Assembly (NCBI RefSeq): GCF_963921235.1
Contig: NC_086108.1
Coordinates: forward strand, 23,746,001-23,810,000
DNA length: 64,000 nucleotides
Source: Mobula hypostoma
Lineage: Eukaryota
Direction: 5' to 3'
Part shown: positions 38,309 through 50,772 of the stretch, one piece after another
Layout of the letters: each line of letters starts with the position of its first letter
Numbering within the stretch: the first letter of the stretch is position 1
The notes under the pieces: generated by a model
Told to the model about the DNA's origin: nothing
The model's database searches: none
What the model saw: only the letters and a program-made list of their open reading frames with translations
Made by a program: the position numbers and the translations under genes

Positions 38309-39469
38309 ACAAGCTTACTGTGGGCTATTCAAATTACTTTTCTAAAAAAAACATTGAGTCAACGGGATTCTAAATTTAACATGTCCCAGGAAATTTCAGA
38401 ACAAAAAGTCTGAATGCTTTATCTAAGTTTCTCAAGACTTTCTCGGATGGACTGTAATTGACAGTAACACCATTCAAGGATTGATACAAAGAAAATAGTT
38501 CACTCTTCCAGTCTGGTTCAGGGTCAAACTGTGCACCAGAGGGAGAAAGGAAATCTGCCAGGACCACCATAAGGATGCTTGGTAAGTGGTCTACTGCTGT
38601 TGTATCCTTCAGCTGTGAGAATCTTCACTTATTAGAATGACACAAAGATCATTTTTAAAAAATATTAATCAGTCTATAACAGTATTTAAGCATCGAAAAT
38701 AAACAAAAGCCATGTCTTTGTATAGGGTATTTCCCACTTGCTCTGAAACGTACAGCTGAGATTTCGAGAGTTATTTAAAATAAGAACATTTCAAAATGTA
38801 TATTTGTATATTTCATAGCAGCTGTCTGTCTTTTATAGCGAGTCTTGGACCCTTTGCCAGAAATGATCAAAGCTGCCAAAAAATATACTACCAGTATTTT
38901 CTGTCCTGATAATGGCTCCCCAGTAACTTTAAGAGATTCCTCTGTGCTGGCTTCAGTTGGACACCATTTGCTAGTTAGCAAAGTATTTCCACTTTTTTCT
39001 AAGCGGGCTATAATTTTACAATGGCATCTGCCAGAAATGTGACTTGACTTAGAACAAACTCCTTAAGGCAAGATAATTTAATCTGCCCCACCTCAAATCA
39101 AATCTTACAGTACAGTCTCTTAAGTAAAAAGCAGACACTTGAATACGAGCCCATTGGCATCTTATGAAACATCTGGGTCTTCAGTTGGTGAAAGCAAAAG
39201 GAAGTAAAATTCACAAAAAAAAAATTGAGCTCAGTCAATGATATTTGAGGGAATGTATGCTGCAATAAGCTGTAATTAGAAAGAGAATTCCCTAACCCTA
39301 TGTGCCAAAACGATGCTTCTGCCTAATCTCTAAAGCAGCTTCCAAAGATAAGAGTAATCTTCAATTGATACAATCTCCAAAGCAGTTTTTGTTTGAAAGA
39401 AATGGATAAATTCATGAGCATAGGTGATGGGGCCAGCATTTATTACCCATCATTTTGTGCTGGCCTCAG

Positions 39470-41148
39470 CAAACGAGAATCAGCTTACCCCAAGGCCTTT
39501 CAAATCATTGTTGGAGATTTCAATCAGGACTGTTTGAAGAACTCTCTGCCCAATTATCATCAACATATCACCTGCAGCATTAGGGCTCCCAAAGCACTTG
39601 ACTACTGTTAACTACGATTATAGGAATACCTTCTGTTCCATGCCTAAATTGCATTTCAGGAAATCTGATCACTTGGCTGTCCGCCTACCTGCATACCTGC
39701 AGAGGCTAAAGAGCATGGCTCCAGAGATAAGGGCAACAAAGGGGTGGTTGTGGGAGGCAGGAGAGGCTACAGGATGGTCTTGGGTCAGCGGACTGGACCA
39801 TATTCAAGGACTCATCAGAGGATCTGAACGAATACACCACAGTTGGCAAGGATGTTATAAAAAATGTCCTAGATGCGTGTACCACAACAAAGTCATTCAG
39901 AGTCTTCCCCAACCAGAAGCCCTGGATAAACCATGAAATCCACAATCTACTGAGGTCCAGGTAAGAGGCATTCAGGTCTGGCGACCAAGTAAAATACAAG
40001 AGGTTCAGAAATGATCTCTGGAAACCATCTCACATACAAAGTAGCAATTCCAGACCAAATCTGAGTCACTGAAGGATGCTCAACAGCGGGGCTTGAAATG
40101 CTATCACCTCCTTTAAAGTGAAACTAAGTGACATAGGTGACAACAAGGCTTCATCCCCAGATGAGCTCATTGCCTTTTATGGTCACTTTTCAAAACAGGG
40201 AGGAACCTTCACCAACTCCCACAACCCCAATAACCCTGTGATTTCAGTCTCTGAAACTGATGTGAGAGCATCCTTCAGGAGGGTGAACCCACAGAAAGCA
40301 TTCGGTACAGATGGGGTACCTGGCTGAGTACTAAAGACCTGTGCTGATGTGCTGATCAACTGATTGGTCTGTTCACTGATATCTTTAACCTCGTTATTTG
40401 GCGGTCTGAGGTACCCACCCGTTTCAAGCAGGTTTCATTTATACTGGTGCCTAAGAAGAACGTGCTAACCTGCTTCAATGACTATTATCCAGTAACACTT
40501 ACATCCACTGTAAGGAAGTGCTTTGAGAGTTTGGTGATGAGGCAAATCAACTCCTGTCTGAGAAGCAACTAGGATCTGCTCTCAACTTGCCTATCATCAT
40601 AACAGGTCTTCAGCAAATGCCATTTCATTGGCTCTTCACTCAATCCTGAAACATCTGGACAGCGAAGATACATACATCAATACGCTCTTTACTGACTACA
40701 GCTTGGCATTCAATATGATCATCTCCTCAAAACTAATCAAAAAGCTTTAAGACCTTGGCCTCAATATGCCCTTGTGAAACTGGATTCTCAATATTTTCAC
40801 TTGCAAACCCCAGTCAGTTTGAATTGGCAACAACATCTCATCCACAATCTCCCTCAGCATAGGTGCACCACAAAGTTGTGTGCTTAGCCCTCTACTCTAC
40901 TCACTTTATATGTGTAACTGTGGGGCTAAGCACAGCTCCAATGCCATATTTAAGTTTGCCAATGATACCACTGCCATTGGCCGAATCAATAGTGGCGACA
41001 CAACAACCACCTCTCACTCATTGTCAGAAAAACCAGGAAGGTGACTATTGACTTCAGGAGGAGGAAACCAGAGATCAATAAACCAGTCATCACTGGGGGA
41101 TCAGCGATGGAGAGGGTCAGCAACGTTAAATTCCTTGGTGTTAACATC
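39470..41148 (+). mobile_element. Rex1/Babar LINE (end of endonuclease plus RT), decayed
   Basis: IIVGDFNQ, KSDHLAV, VRASFRRVNPQKAFGTDGVPG and IDFRRRK...FLGV. Confidence 0.88.
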
Positions 41149-42501
41149 TATTTCTATTTTTCCCAAAGGCAGATGAACAAAATCTGGGAATTCTGGCAAG
41201 CTCAAGGTTCAGCACTTCACCTTTTAACAAAATGTATTGCAGCCTTCCAGATTCAACACCCAACAATGTTAGATTACCAGTATTTCCAGCATTTTCATTC
41301 CAGAATTTGAGCATTCACAAATTTTTATCCAGCAATTTCAGAGAATTAGCCTAAACATCATCCAGTTGGACATTATGATCCTTTATGTCCTCTTACTCCC
41401 CTCTCTTTCTCCACACTATTACTCATATGGAATTTAATCCTTCCTGCTGTCCAGTCTTAAGCAGACCTCCACCCTTTCACCAAGCAGCCCCCTTCTACCA
41501 TAGAACTTCATCTACATCCCAAAACTTGTTCCCAGTTTTAAAGCAAATGTCAAACTGAAACATTAATTATTATCCTCTCCATGACCTGCTGCTCCTCCAG
41601 TTTTATTCCAGAAATTAAAATTCTGGTCATTAATTCAGGGCCAAGATAAAACAAAACAATGGAACATGGAGTCCACACAGACATGCAAATTATAAGAGGA
41701 AAGGGGAACTAAGCACACTTTTATCAATACGTGAATGATAACATCATATATTTGGATTCATAAGCATATAAACAAGATCTAATGTAATAGCAATCAATTT
41801 GTGGTTTTCTCGACCTCATATTTGGTGATATATTGGGGCAGAGAAAAATTATCCTGAATAAATGAACTCACCTATCCTTGCCTCTGGGTAGGATAGTTTT
41901 CACTGAAGTTTACATTTCTACAACTAAAGGTGCAGAGTCAGACAGTGAGACAACAAAACTTGGGTAGAATTCTTTTTGCATAATCTCAGAACTCAGTAAC
42001 CACTGACAATTTGGTTCCAAGTTAGATCAACAGAGAATTGCAAAATAAATTCCGCTTGGTTTGGAATTCAAACGGAGCTGTGACATGAGAGAAAGATGCA
42101 ATAGAACAGCATGACATCAAATAATCACCACATTCAAGTAAAAAAGTAGAATTGCAGAATGTTCTTCTGATGAATGGCAACAGTCCAATGTGATATAAAT
42201 GTTGTTTTTTTTTTACTCTGAAGGATCATTTGCAACACAACTTGCTGTTTACTCAGCAACACAGCGATAAAATATGCCTCACATGTTATTATTAATATAT
42301 GGTTGGACCTCTCTGTGAAGTCAGTTGTTAAACTGTATAATGAGGTGCTGTGGAAGTTGGTGTTGATTGGTTTTAACATATAAATCTATAGAAGAGCAGT
42401 GAGCCTTGGTAAAACTGCTGAACCTAATTACTGAGACTGTGAACGTGCCTTCATAGACAGATTCTGCCAACAAAAGCTACAGTATAATATGAATTCTACC
42501 T

Positions 42502-43751
42502 CATAAACACAAGAGATTCTGCAGATACTGAAGATCCAAAGTAGCACACACAAAGTGCTAGAGGAAGCCAGCAGGTCAGAAAGCATTTCTGAAGAATAAA
42601 GACTTGATGTTTTGGGCCAAGACCTATCATCAGGACTGGAAAGGACGGGGAAAGAAGCCAGAATAAGAAGGTGGAGGGGGAGGGGAAGGAGTACGCTGGA
42701 AGGTGGATCGGTGAAGCCAAGCGAAGGGGACGATAGTTGAGATGGGGGCGTAGGTTATGAACTGAGAAGCTGGGAGCTGATAGGTGGGAACGGTATTGGG
42801 CTGAAGAAGAAGAAAAAGATAGGAGAGGAGAGTGTACTATACAAGAAAGGGAGTGAAGAACGACACCAGACAGAGGTGATAGACAGGTGAAGAGAAGAGA
42901 TGGCATAAGGGGGAGGAGAATAGGGAACTGGAAAAGAGAGGATGAAGAGGAGGGACAAAATACCGCAAGTTGGAAAACCGATGTTCATGCCACTAGGTTG
43001 GAGGCGAACAAACGGAATATCAGGTGTTGCTCCTCTAACCTGTGAGTGGCCTCATCTTGCCAATAGAGGAGGCCATGATCGAAATGTCAGAATGGGAATT
43101 GGGATTGGAATTAAAATGGTTGGCCACTGGAAAACCTGCCTGTTGCAGATGGAGCAGATGTGCTTGACAAAGCAGTCCCACCCCATCTAAACCAGGTCTC
43201 GCCAATGTAGAGGAAGCCACACCAGGAACAATGGATACAGTAAATGACCCTGGCAGGTTTGCGGGTGAAGTGTTACATCACCTGGAAGGACTGTTTGGGG
43301 CTCTGAGTGGAGGTAAGGGAGGAGATGAATAGGCAGGTTTAGCACTTGTTCTGCTTGCAGGGATAAATGCCTGGAGGGAGATCAGTGGTGAGGGATGAAC
43401 GGACAAGGGAATCGCAGAAAGAGCAATTCCTGTGGAAAGTGAACAGTCAGGGGTGGGTGTAGATAGAGATGTCTTTGGTGACGGAATCCTGATGAAGATG
43501 ACGGAAATTGAGCAGAATGATGTTCTGGATGTGGAGGCTCATCAGGTGGTAGGTGAGGACAAGAGAAACTCTATCTTTGTTAAGGCAGTCAGAAGGTGGG
43601 GTGGGGCTGGATGTCCAGGAAATAGAGGAGATGCGGGTGAAGGCAGCATCAACGATAGAGGAAGGGAAATTGCATTTTTGAAGAGGGCGGACATGCCTGA
43701 TATTCTGGAAAGGAAAGCTTCATCCTGGGAATAGGTGAAGAGGAAGTGGAT
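42502..43751 (-). mobile_element. Penelope-like element: GIY-YIG endonuclease remnant plus CT-rich terminal repeat
   Basis: Minus strand encodes VIYCIHCSWCGFLYIGET, PVANHFNS and EEQHLIFRL. An inverted partial terminal repeat at about 43752-43826 is typical PLE architecture. Confidence 0.82.
42601..42638 (-). ncRNA. Degenerate minimal hammerhead ribozyme motif in the PLE terminal repeat
   Basis: rc CAGTC-CTGATGA-taggtcttggccc-AAAACATC-aagtc. CUGAUGA is intact; GAAACGUC/GACUG is mutated relative to the copies at 4755 and 11100. Confidence 0.6.
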
Positions 43752-44148
43752 GATCTACCTTCCCCCTCACGTCACTTCACCTATCACCTTACAGCTTATA
43801 CTCCTTCCCCTCCCCCACATTCCTATCAGAATCAGCTTTAATATCAGTGGCGTACGTCGTGGAATTTGTTGTTCTGAGCAGTACATTGCAATACATTAAC
43901 AACAAACTATACATTACTATAAATATATATATTTATATATATTTAGGACTAAAGGACACAGTCCCAGAATGGAGGGGCGTCCTTTTAGAACAGAGATGAA
44001 GAATAATTTCTTCAGCCAGAGAGTGGTGAATCTGGGAAATTGTTGCCACAGGCGGCTGTGGAGGCCTTGCCTTTATGTACATTTAAGACAGAGATTGATA
44101 GATTCTTGATTGGTCAGGGCATGAAGGGATACGGGGAGAAGGCAGGAG

Positions 44149-44710
44149 TTGCATGCCATCTTGGACAATGTCTCCCATCCACTACATAACGTACTGGTTG
44201 GGCACAGGAGTACATTCAGCCAGAGACTCATTCCACCGAGATGCAACACCGAGCGTCATAGGAAGTCATTCCTGCCTGTGGCCATCAAACTTTACAACTC
44301 CTTCCTTGGAGGGTCAGACACCCTGAGCCAATAGGCTGGTCCTGGACTTACTTCCTGGTATTTACATATTACTATTTAATTATTTATAGTTTTATATTGC
44401 TTCTCTTCACCTGTCTATCACCTCTGTCTGGTGTCGTTCTTCACTCCCTTTCTTGTATAGTACACTCTCCTCTCCTATCTTTTTCTTCTTCTTCAGCCCA
44501 ATACCGTTCCCACCTATCAGCTCCCAGCTTCTCAGTTCATAACCCATGCCCCCATCTCAACTATCGTCCTCTTCGCCTGGCTTCACCGATCCACCTTCCA
44601 GCGTACTCCTTCCCCTCCCCCTCCACCTTCTTATTCTATTCTTGGTTGGTGCAACTGTAGCGAAAACCAATTTCCCTCGGGATCAATAAAGTATGACTAT
44701 GACTATGACT
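44149..44710 (+). mobile_element. Rex1-type LINE 3' end containing an inverted duplication
   Basis: ILDNVSHPLH...PRCNTERHRKSFLPVAIKLYNS, then aataaa and an (atgact)n tail. Confidence 0.8.
44400..44637. repeat. 238-bp inverted copy of 42660-42897
   Basis: Manual alignment gives 234/238 identical, no gaps, four transitions. Confidence 0.95.
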
Positions 44711-44964
44711 ATTGGGGCTGAGAGGGAAAATAGATCAGTTATAATGAAATGGTGGAGCAGACTTGATGGGCCAAATGGCCTAACTCTGCTCCTATAGCTT
44801 AAGAATATATTATATATATATATATATAAAACCAGTTAGAATGCTTTTCACAGTACATCTGTAAAAAATTATTAAAGTTATTGGTGACATACCAAATCTC
44901 CTCAAAGCCTGAAAAATCTATGTCTCTCTGTAAATGCTGCCTGACCTGCTGAGTTTCTTCGCAA

Positions 44965-45200
44965 TGTAGCATGGTGCTCTTACAGCTTGAGGCATCGGCA
45001 TTTGGAGTTCATTTCCGGTGTCGTCTGTAAAGGAGTATGTACATCCCCACTGTGAATGCATGGGTTTCCTCCCACAGTCTAAAGACGTACCACTTGATAG
45101 GCTAATTGGTCATTGTGCCATGATCAGGCTGGGTGGGCTGCTGGCAGCATGACTTAAGGAACCAGAAGGGCCTGTTCCACACTGTTTCTCAAAATAAAAT
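44965..45200 (+). mobile_element. tRNA-derived V-SINE
   Basis: B-box-like ggagttcatttcc, V-core tgggtttcctcccacagtctaaagacgtac, and a CR1-like gaagggcctgttcc tail. Confidence 0.6.
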
Positions 45201-46152
45201 TTAAAAAAAATCTTGTGTGGACTCTGCCTGACCGGTTTCCGGTGCCCTCTCACTTCAGTTCAATTGTATGCTATTATGCTTAATCGGGTTCATACATGGA
45301 TTTCAGTTATTATTAATGTGCAATTCTTAATAATTATTAATAATACTGGTTATTCATAATAATACTGGCTAGACAACAAAACAAATAGCAGCAGACTATT
45401 GCAGTTCAATCATCCTGGATAGAATATATCCCAGCACCATCCTGAGGGGAATAATAGACAGCCCTATCGATCGTCCAACCAAATCATGGTGAGTTATCTT
45501 TGCCAAGTTCACCACCCTAAATCTCAATTTTTTGTGAGTTCTTTGGTCTTAATATCGATTAACCTTGTAATATTTTAGTTCATTTACTCACTCTGAATGT
45601 GGATGTGGATGTCCCTATCAAGGCTCACCTTAGTTACCTGCCTGAGCTCACTGGGCCAAGAGAGATCAGTTACATTGCTCCGAGTCTAGAGTTAAATGTT
45701 AGCTAGACCGAGCACACCTTCCCTGAAAGCACAATATTGAATTGGGAAGCGGGTGTTTGTAAGAATCTTGTCTTTTCATGGTGACATTACTGATATTGGC
45801 ATTTTCATTTACCTGCAGTGGGATTTGATTCAAGCCTCCAATCAATTGCCTGCACCTGTGGACACAGATCCAGTAACTTTAAACGACTGTTCTCCTTGAT
45901 TATGCTCAGTTACAGAGCATCAATGGCTCTTCAGGGTGGAATACTGTGATAACCCTGAGTGAAGAAATTTCTCATCTCTGTCTGAAATAGACCCCTCATC
46001 CTGACATTGCAGTGCCCAGTCTTGGCTCTCCAAGAGGAAAGAGCCTCTCAGTTTGAGTACAAGGAACGAGCTAGTGAATGATCCAATATATTTAGGAACA
46101 TGAGTGAGTCTTTGGCAGTTTGGATGATAACTAATTAGCTGTTATGAGGCAG

Positions 46153-46753
46153 GAAGAGAAGATGGCGACGCAGCGCGCGCAGCTCTCCAGTGAAATTATA
46201 TCGTATTTGTTAAGTAGGGGCTGTGCACAATTCTGATTTGATGGAGACAGACGTGAGAAGCAGAGGAACATCTGGAGAAAAACTTCTGAAACGCCCGGTT
46301 CGCTGCCGCTGCTACTGTGCAATCGAGAATCTCCGGAGGGAAGGCCCCAAAATCCCCGGCTTTGCCTGCTGCTGGCAACCGAGGCTGAGCTCGAAGCGTT
46401 CGGCAGAGATGGTGCTCGGTACTCGGTGTCGGAGGGCTGATCAGAGTCAGAGTCGGACTGTGGTCGGGCATGGCAGGGAGAGTTTTCTTCCTTCTCCCGT
46501 CTGTGTGAGATGTGGGACTTTCGAGAGACTTTGAACTTTTTTACTGTGATCATGGCTTGTTCTTCATCAAGTTATGGTATTGTTGCACTGTTGCAACTAT
46601 ATGTTATAATTATGTGGTTTTTGTTAGTTTTTCAGTCTTGGTCTGTCCTGTGTTTCTGTGATATCACTCCGGAGGAATATTGTATCATTTCTTAATGCAT
46701 GCATTGCTAAATGACAATAAAAGAGCACTGTGTGTCCTCATAATCTAATCTAA
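46153..46753 (+). mobile_element. Non-autonomous retroposon with AAGATGGCG 5' end and (aatct)n tail
   Basis: CpG-rich 5' part, no credible ORF, then aataaa and aatctaatctaat. Confidence 0.55.
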
Positions 46754-46920
46754 TATGAAGGAAAATCATCTTAAACCCTTGCCCAGCACCATATTTTTCT
46801 ACATTTATTAAAATGCCTTTACAAGGCAGCTTTGAAAAGTTTTCATCTTCTATTATGATAAACACAAAACAGACCGGGCACCATGACCCAGAGAGTTTTC
46901 ACTTCAAACATTTAATATAT

Positions 46921-48893
46921 TGTGACACTCCTGGGGGGGGGATGGAGGGGGTCAGGGTGTGGTCGACATCCCACCCATGCATTTCTAACGACCAGTATTG
47001 GTCTTGTGTTAAAATGCTTTTGTGGGATTTTGCCCAGGCAGAGAGAGCAGAAGCAATTTTAGGGCCCCCCCCCCTCCCCGCCGGCTTTCCAGCATTGCCC
47101 CGCATGCTGCAAGCCCGGGCTAGTGTCACCGAGGCAGAGGAGGAGCCCATGAGACAGGCCCGATCAGCGTCGCGCCGACCATAAAGCGATCTCTGCTACC
47201 GGTGCGGTGAGGCAGGCCATTTGGCTCGGGACTACCTCACACCGGCACAGCTCAGAGCAGCCATCGGGAAATGCCGAACGGGCAGCACCTCTGGAGTCCT
47301 GCAGCAGAACTCTTCCGTTCACTCCCCTCCGGGTGGGTCGTCTGGGTGAAGAACAAGTCTTAAAGGTGGACTGCATGGTGGACAACAACAATGGGCCAGG
47401 TAGCTATGGTTACCTGTGATTATGTGGCGATGAGAGGAAAGAGGAGGCTGTGCATCACAGTGGAGCACGAGGTGTGGCTCACCGATATCTGAGTCCTGCG
47501 TCACTGGCCTGGACCTGCTGTCCCGCTGGAGGGCCCATGTGGATTTGTCGGGGACAACACTCTACCTCGGAGCTGAAGCCGTGGCTCTCCGGCAGGGCAG
47601 CTTCAGGAAGCGGTCCCAGTGGGCGCAGCAACCACCACTCGTTTCACGACGGCCCCCGGCAGTGCAGCACACCCGGCAGCGGCCCAACGCAACACCGCTG
47701 AACCATGGGCAAGCGACGGTGACAGCCAGCGACCACCTCCCCACTGCGGACCACGAGCAGCTGCGCAGCGAACAGGTGAGCGATCCTGTGCTGGCCCGGA
47801 CGTGGGAATGGCTGAGTGGGCAGAGGTCTCCGCCCTGGACCCAGAGACCAAAGCCCTGTACTCACAGTGGGGAACACTGGAGGTCCATGACAGTTGCTGT
47901 TCCGGCGATGGCAGTTGTCCGATGCTGTCAGCCATCTCTTGCAGCTGGTGCCTCCCTCCCGGGGGCTCCACGCCACGGTGCTGCGGTCGGTGCACGGGCT
48001 GGTGGGGGCCGGCCATCTCGGAGTTGCAAAGACATTGGGCAGGCTGCGTGAATGCTCCTATTGGCCTGGGTGGAGACAGGACGTGGAGCTGTTCAGTTCA
48101 CTGCTGCGACCCTTACACGTCCTGGGAGGGGTCCGGCTGGCAGTCTAGTGTGCCAATGCAGCAGTACATGGTGGGGGCACCAGTATGGCTCTACTGGTCC
48201 TCCCGGAAGAAGGGACTATCCCCCGGGCTGGGAGGCACTGGAGAGGTGCTCGACCGTGTTTCCGATGTGGTACAGTATATCAGGTGTAGTTGCCTGTGTG
48301 GCGGAAGGCAGTCATGCTGCACCGGGACCAGCTGGCACTATGTTAGTTCTTGGCCGCCACTAACCCAGCGAGGTTGAAGGAAAGAAGTGACACTCTAGGT
48401 GCCCTGCCTCTTGCATCACAAAAACAGGGCCTTCCCAGGAGGGGGCTACAGAAACCCCCAGTGCTCCAGGCAGCAGTATCGCCCTGCTCACTGGGACGTT
48501 TGGATTTGGTCATGAACTCTGGGGTTGCTGAGGACGGCTGACCCCTCAGGTGGGGGCAGTGTGATGCTCCATGTGGGGGGGGGCGTGGTCAGTAGACCAC
48601 CCCTGCATTTTTAATGATCAGCGCTGCTTATTGTTCTTGTGTTAAAATGCTTTTGTGTGATTATGGTGGGAAGTTGCAGTTCATTTATTGTTACATTTTA
48701 GCTTGTGTAATACAATTATTCACTTGTGTATTTGTGGGTCACCGTAACTATAACCGGGGTGTGTGATGGTCTCCTCCCCTATCTGCATAAAAGTGGTTGT
48801 GTTTGCTCTCTGGGTCATGGTGCCCAATCTGTTTTGTGTTTACTACAATAAAGCGAGTTAATGAGCTTCCTTGACTGTCAAATGCTTGCCACA
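46921..48893 (+). mobile_element. Internally deleted Gypsy LTR element
   Basis: TGTG...CACA ends with ATAT TSD (46917-46920 and 48894-48897). Partial 5' LTR 46921-47031 is similar to the 3' LTR 48560-48893. Polypurine-tract-like ggtgggggcag; gag knuckle CYRCGEAGHLAR; integrase zinc finger VHGLVGAGHLGVAKTLGRLRECSYWPG. Confidence 0.85.
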
Positions 48894-50019
48894 ATATATG
48901 CATTAAAAATCCCATGTTAAAATGTGCATAATCCTACAATGTGAAATACAGTTCATTTTCAATCAATTGTGGCCATCGAAGCTGGAGACAATTCAAATTT
49001 CATTGTCTCCTTTGAGTACACCATTGGTTTTATGATGTTTAGTTTAAACAAATACAGCTCTTAATTTGATCCTCCTAATCAAATTGTCCACATCTATGGA
49101 TTTACAAGGAGCACAATAACCAAGGCTAGACCTGTGCCAGTGGAGTACTTGAATGATTTTGGTGGTCTTATTTAACACTTTCCTTCCCTTACAATAACCA
49201 TCTGGGGCATGCTGCTTTTCCTGAGTGATACAAGTAGGAAAAACAGTTGTTCCTAGAGTGAACTGTCTTCTGTCTTTACTGCATAGGGGGAGGATTTTTG
49301 GCTCATCAATTCTATGTCGACTCTTGAAGGATTCCCATTAGCTCATTTCTCTGGTAAGCCACTGTGACAATTTTTGAAATTATGCTTCTCTCATAATGTG
49401 ACTGGGCATTTCCAACCATTACTTACACACGTAGCCTGGATAATGTGGTCACATTGCCTTGAAGTGTGTCTGGTTTCAGGTTTCAAGTCTATGCTGGAAG
49501 GCCCACAAAATTAGACTCCCTTACTTATCACTGCTCTTTCCAGCTTCTTACTCTCAGCCCCTCAGCTGCCCTCTCCCACTCAACACCCTCAGCCCCGAAT
49601 CTTGACTGTTACTCAACCTTACCCTGATGTCTATCATTCCTGACTCTTCCCCAAATTATGAGGTTTGACCTCTGATACTGCCTTGCACCCAACTTTCTGA
49701 TTGAACCCCTTTGAATTCTACCCTCACAATCCCCTTGTCTCTGCTCGGGGCACCCCACACACGCATTTGGCCCTTCCTCAGATCCGACAGAAGAGCGGAG
49801 AGTTCACAGTTTTCAAAACAGAGATGGGGAGGAAAGGAGAGGTGGAAGGAAAAGGAGCGTATGGAGATGGGTTAAGACAGATCAGTTGATAAAGAGAATG
49901 AGTACAGATCATTTGGAAGACATTGTAAGGAAATGGTGAAAAGGTAACATTTGTGTGATAATGGGGAGCAATGGGAGAGTAATTTACCTGAAAATGTAGA
50001 ATATAATGTTCATTCTCAT

Positions 50020-50772
50020 CAACATATCAACTGCAGCACAACACACTCAACCACTGTTACACTACGATTAAGAACGCCTACCGTTCCATACCTAGACCAC
50101 ATTTTGGGAAATCTGATCACTTAGCTGTCCAGCTCCTACCTGCACAGAAGGCAGGGATTAAAGAGCAAAGATCCAGACATACAACAACAAAGGGGTGGTC
50201 GTGGGAGGCTGAGGAGTGGTTATGGGATTGCTTTGAGTTGATGGACTGGGCTGTGTTTAAGGATGCATCTGTGGTTCTGAACGAATACACCACAGATACG
50301 TCACTGAAAGATACTCAACAACTGTGGCAAGGCTTGAATGCTATTACCTACAAAGTGAAACCAAGCAAACGGGTAACAACAGGGCTTCGTTCCAGATGAA
50401 CTCACTGCCATCTATGCTTGCTTTGACTATCAAAACACGGAGGCACATTCACAAACCCACGAAAAGCATCCAGCCCAGATGATGTATCTATCCCCAAGTA
50501 CTAAAGATCTGTGCTGATCAACTGGTTGGAGTGTTCACCGATATCTTTAACCTCTTGCTTCGGCAGTTTGAGGTACTCATCTGCTTCAAGCAGGTTTCAA
50601 TTATACTAGTGCCTAAGAAGAATGTGATACTCTGTCTCAATGACTACAATCCAGTAGCACTTACACCCATATGTTTGTCCCGAAACATAGCAACATCTGC
50701 CTGAGAAGTGGCTTAGATTCACTCCAATTTGCCTACCATTTCAACAGGTCAATTGCAGATGCCATTTCATTG
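50020..50772 (+). mobile_element. Rex1/Babar fragments with internal deletions
   Basis: Colinear with 39560-40630 (gggaaatctgatcactt, gtgcctaagaagaa, gatgccatttcattgg). Confidence 0.8.

Larger units (their letters stand above)
43946..44800 (+). mobile_element. CR1 3' end split by a Rex1-type element
   Basis: ...gagaaggcaggag|insert|attggggctgagagggaaa... rejoins into a continuous CR1 3' end. Confidence 0.75.

Noticed and set aside
37324..38570. Minus-strand ORFs 37324..37554 and 38376..38570 as further ASTN1 exons
   Set aside because: No real similarity to astrotactin and no matching donor/acceptor pair identified.
47539..48377. Overlapping 137-252 aa ORFs
   Set aside because: These come from GC-rich, stop-poor Gypsy sequence; the real motifs switch between frames.
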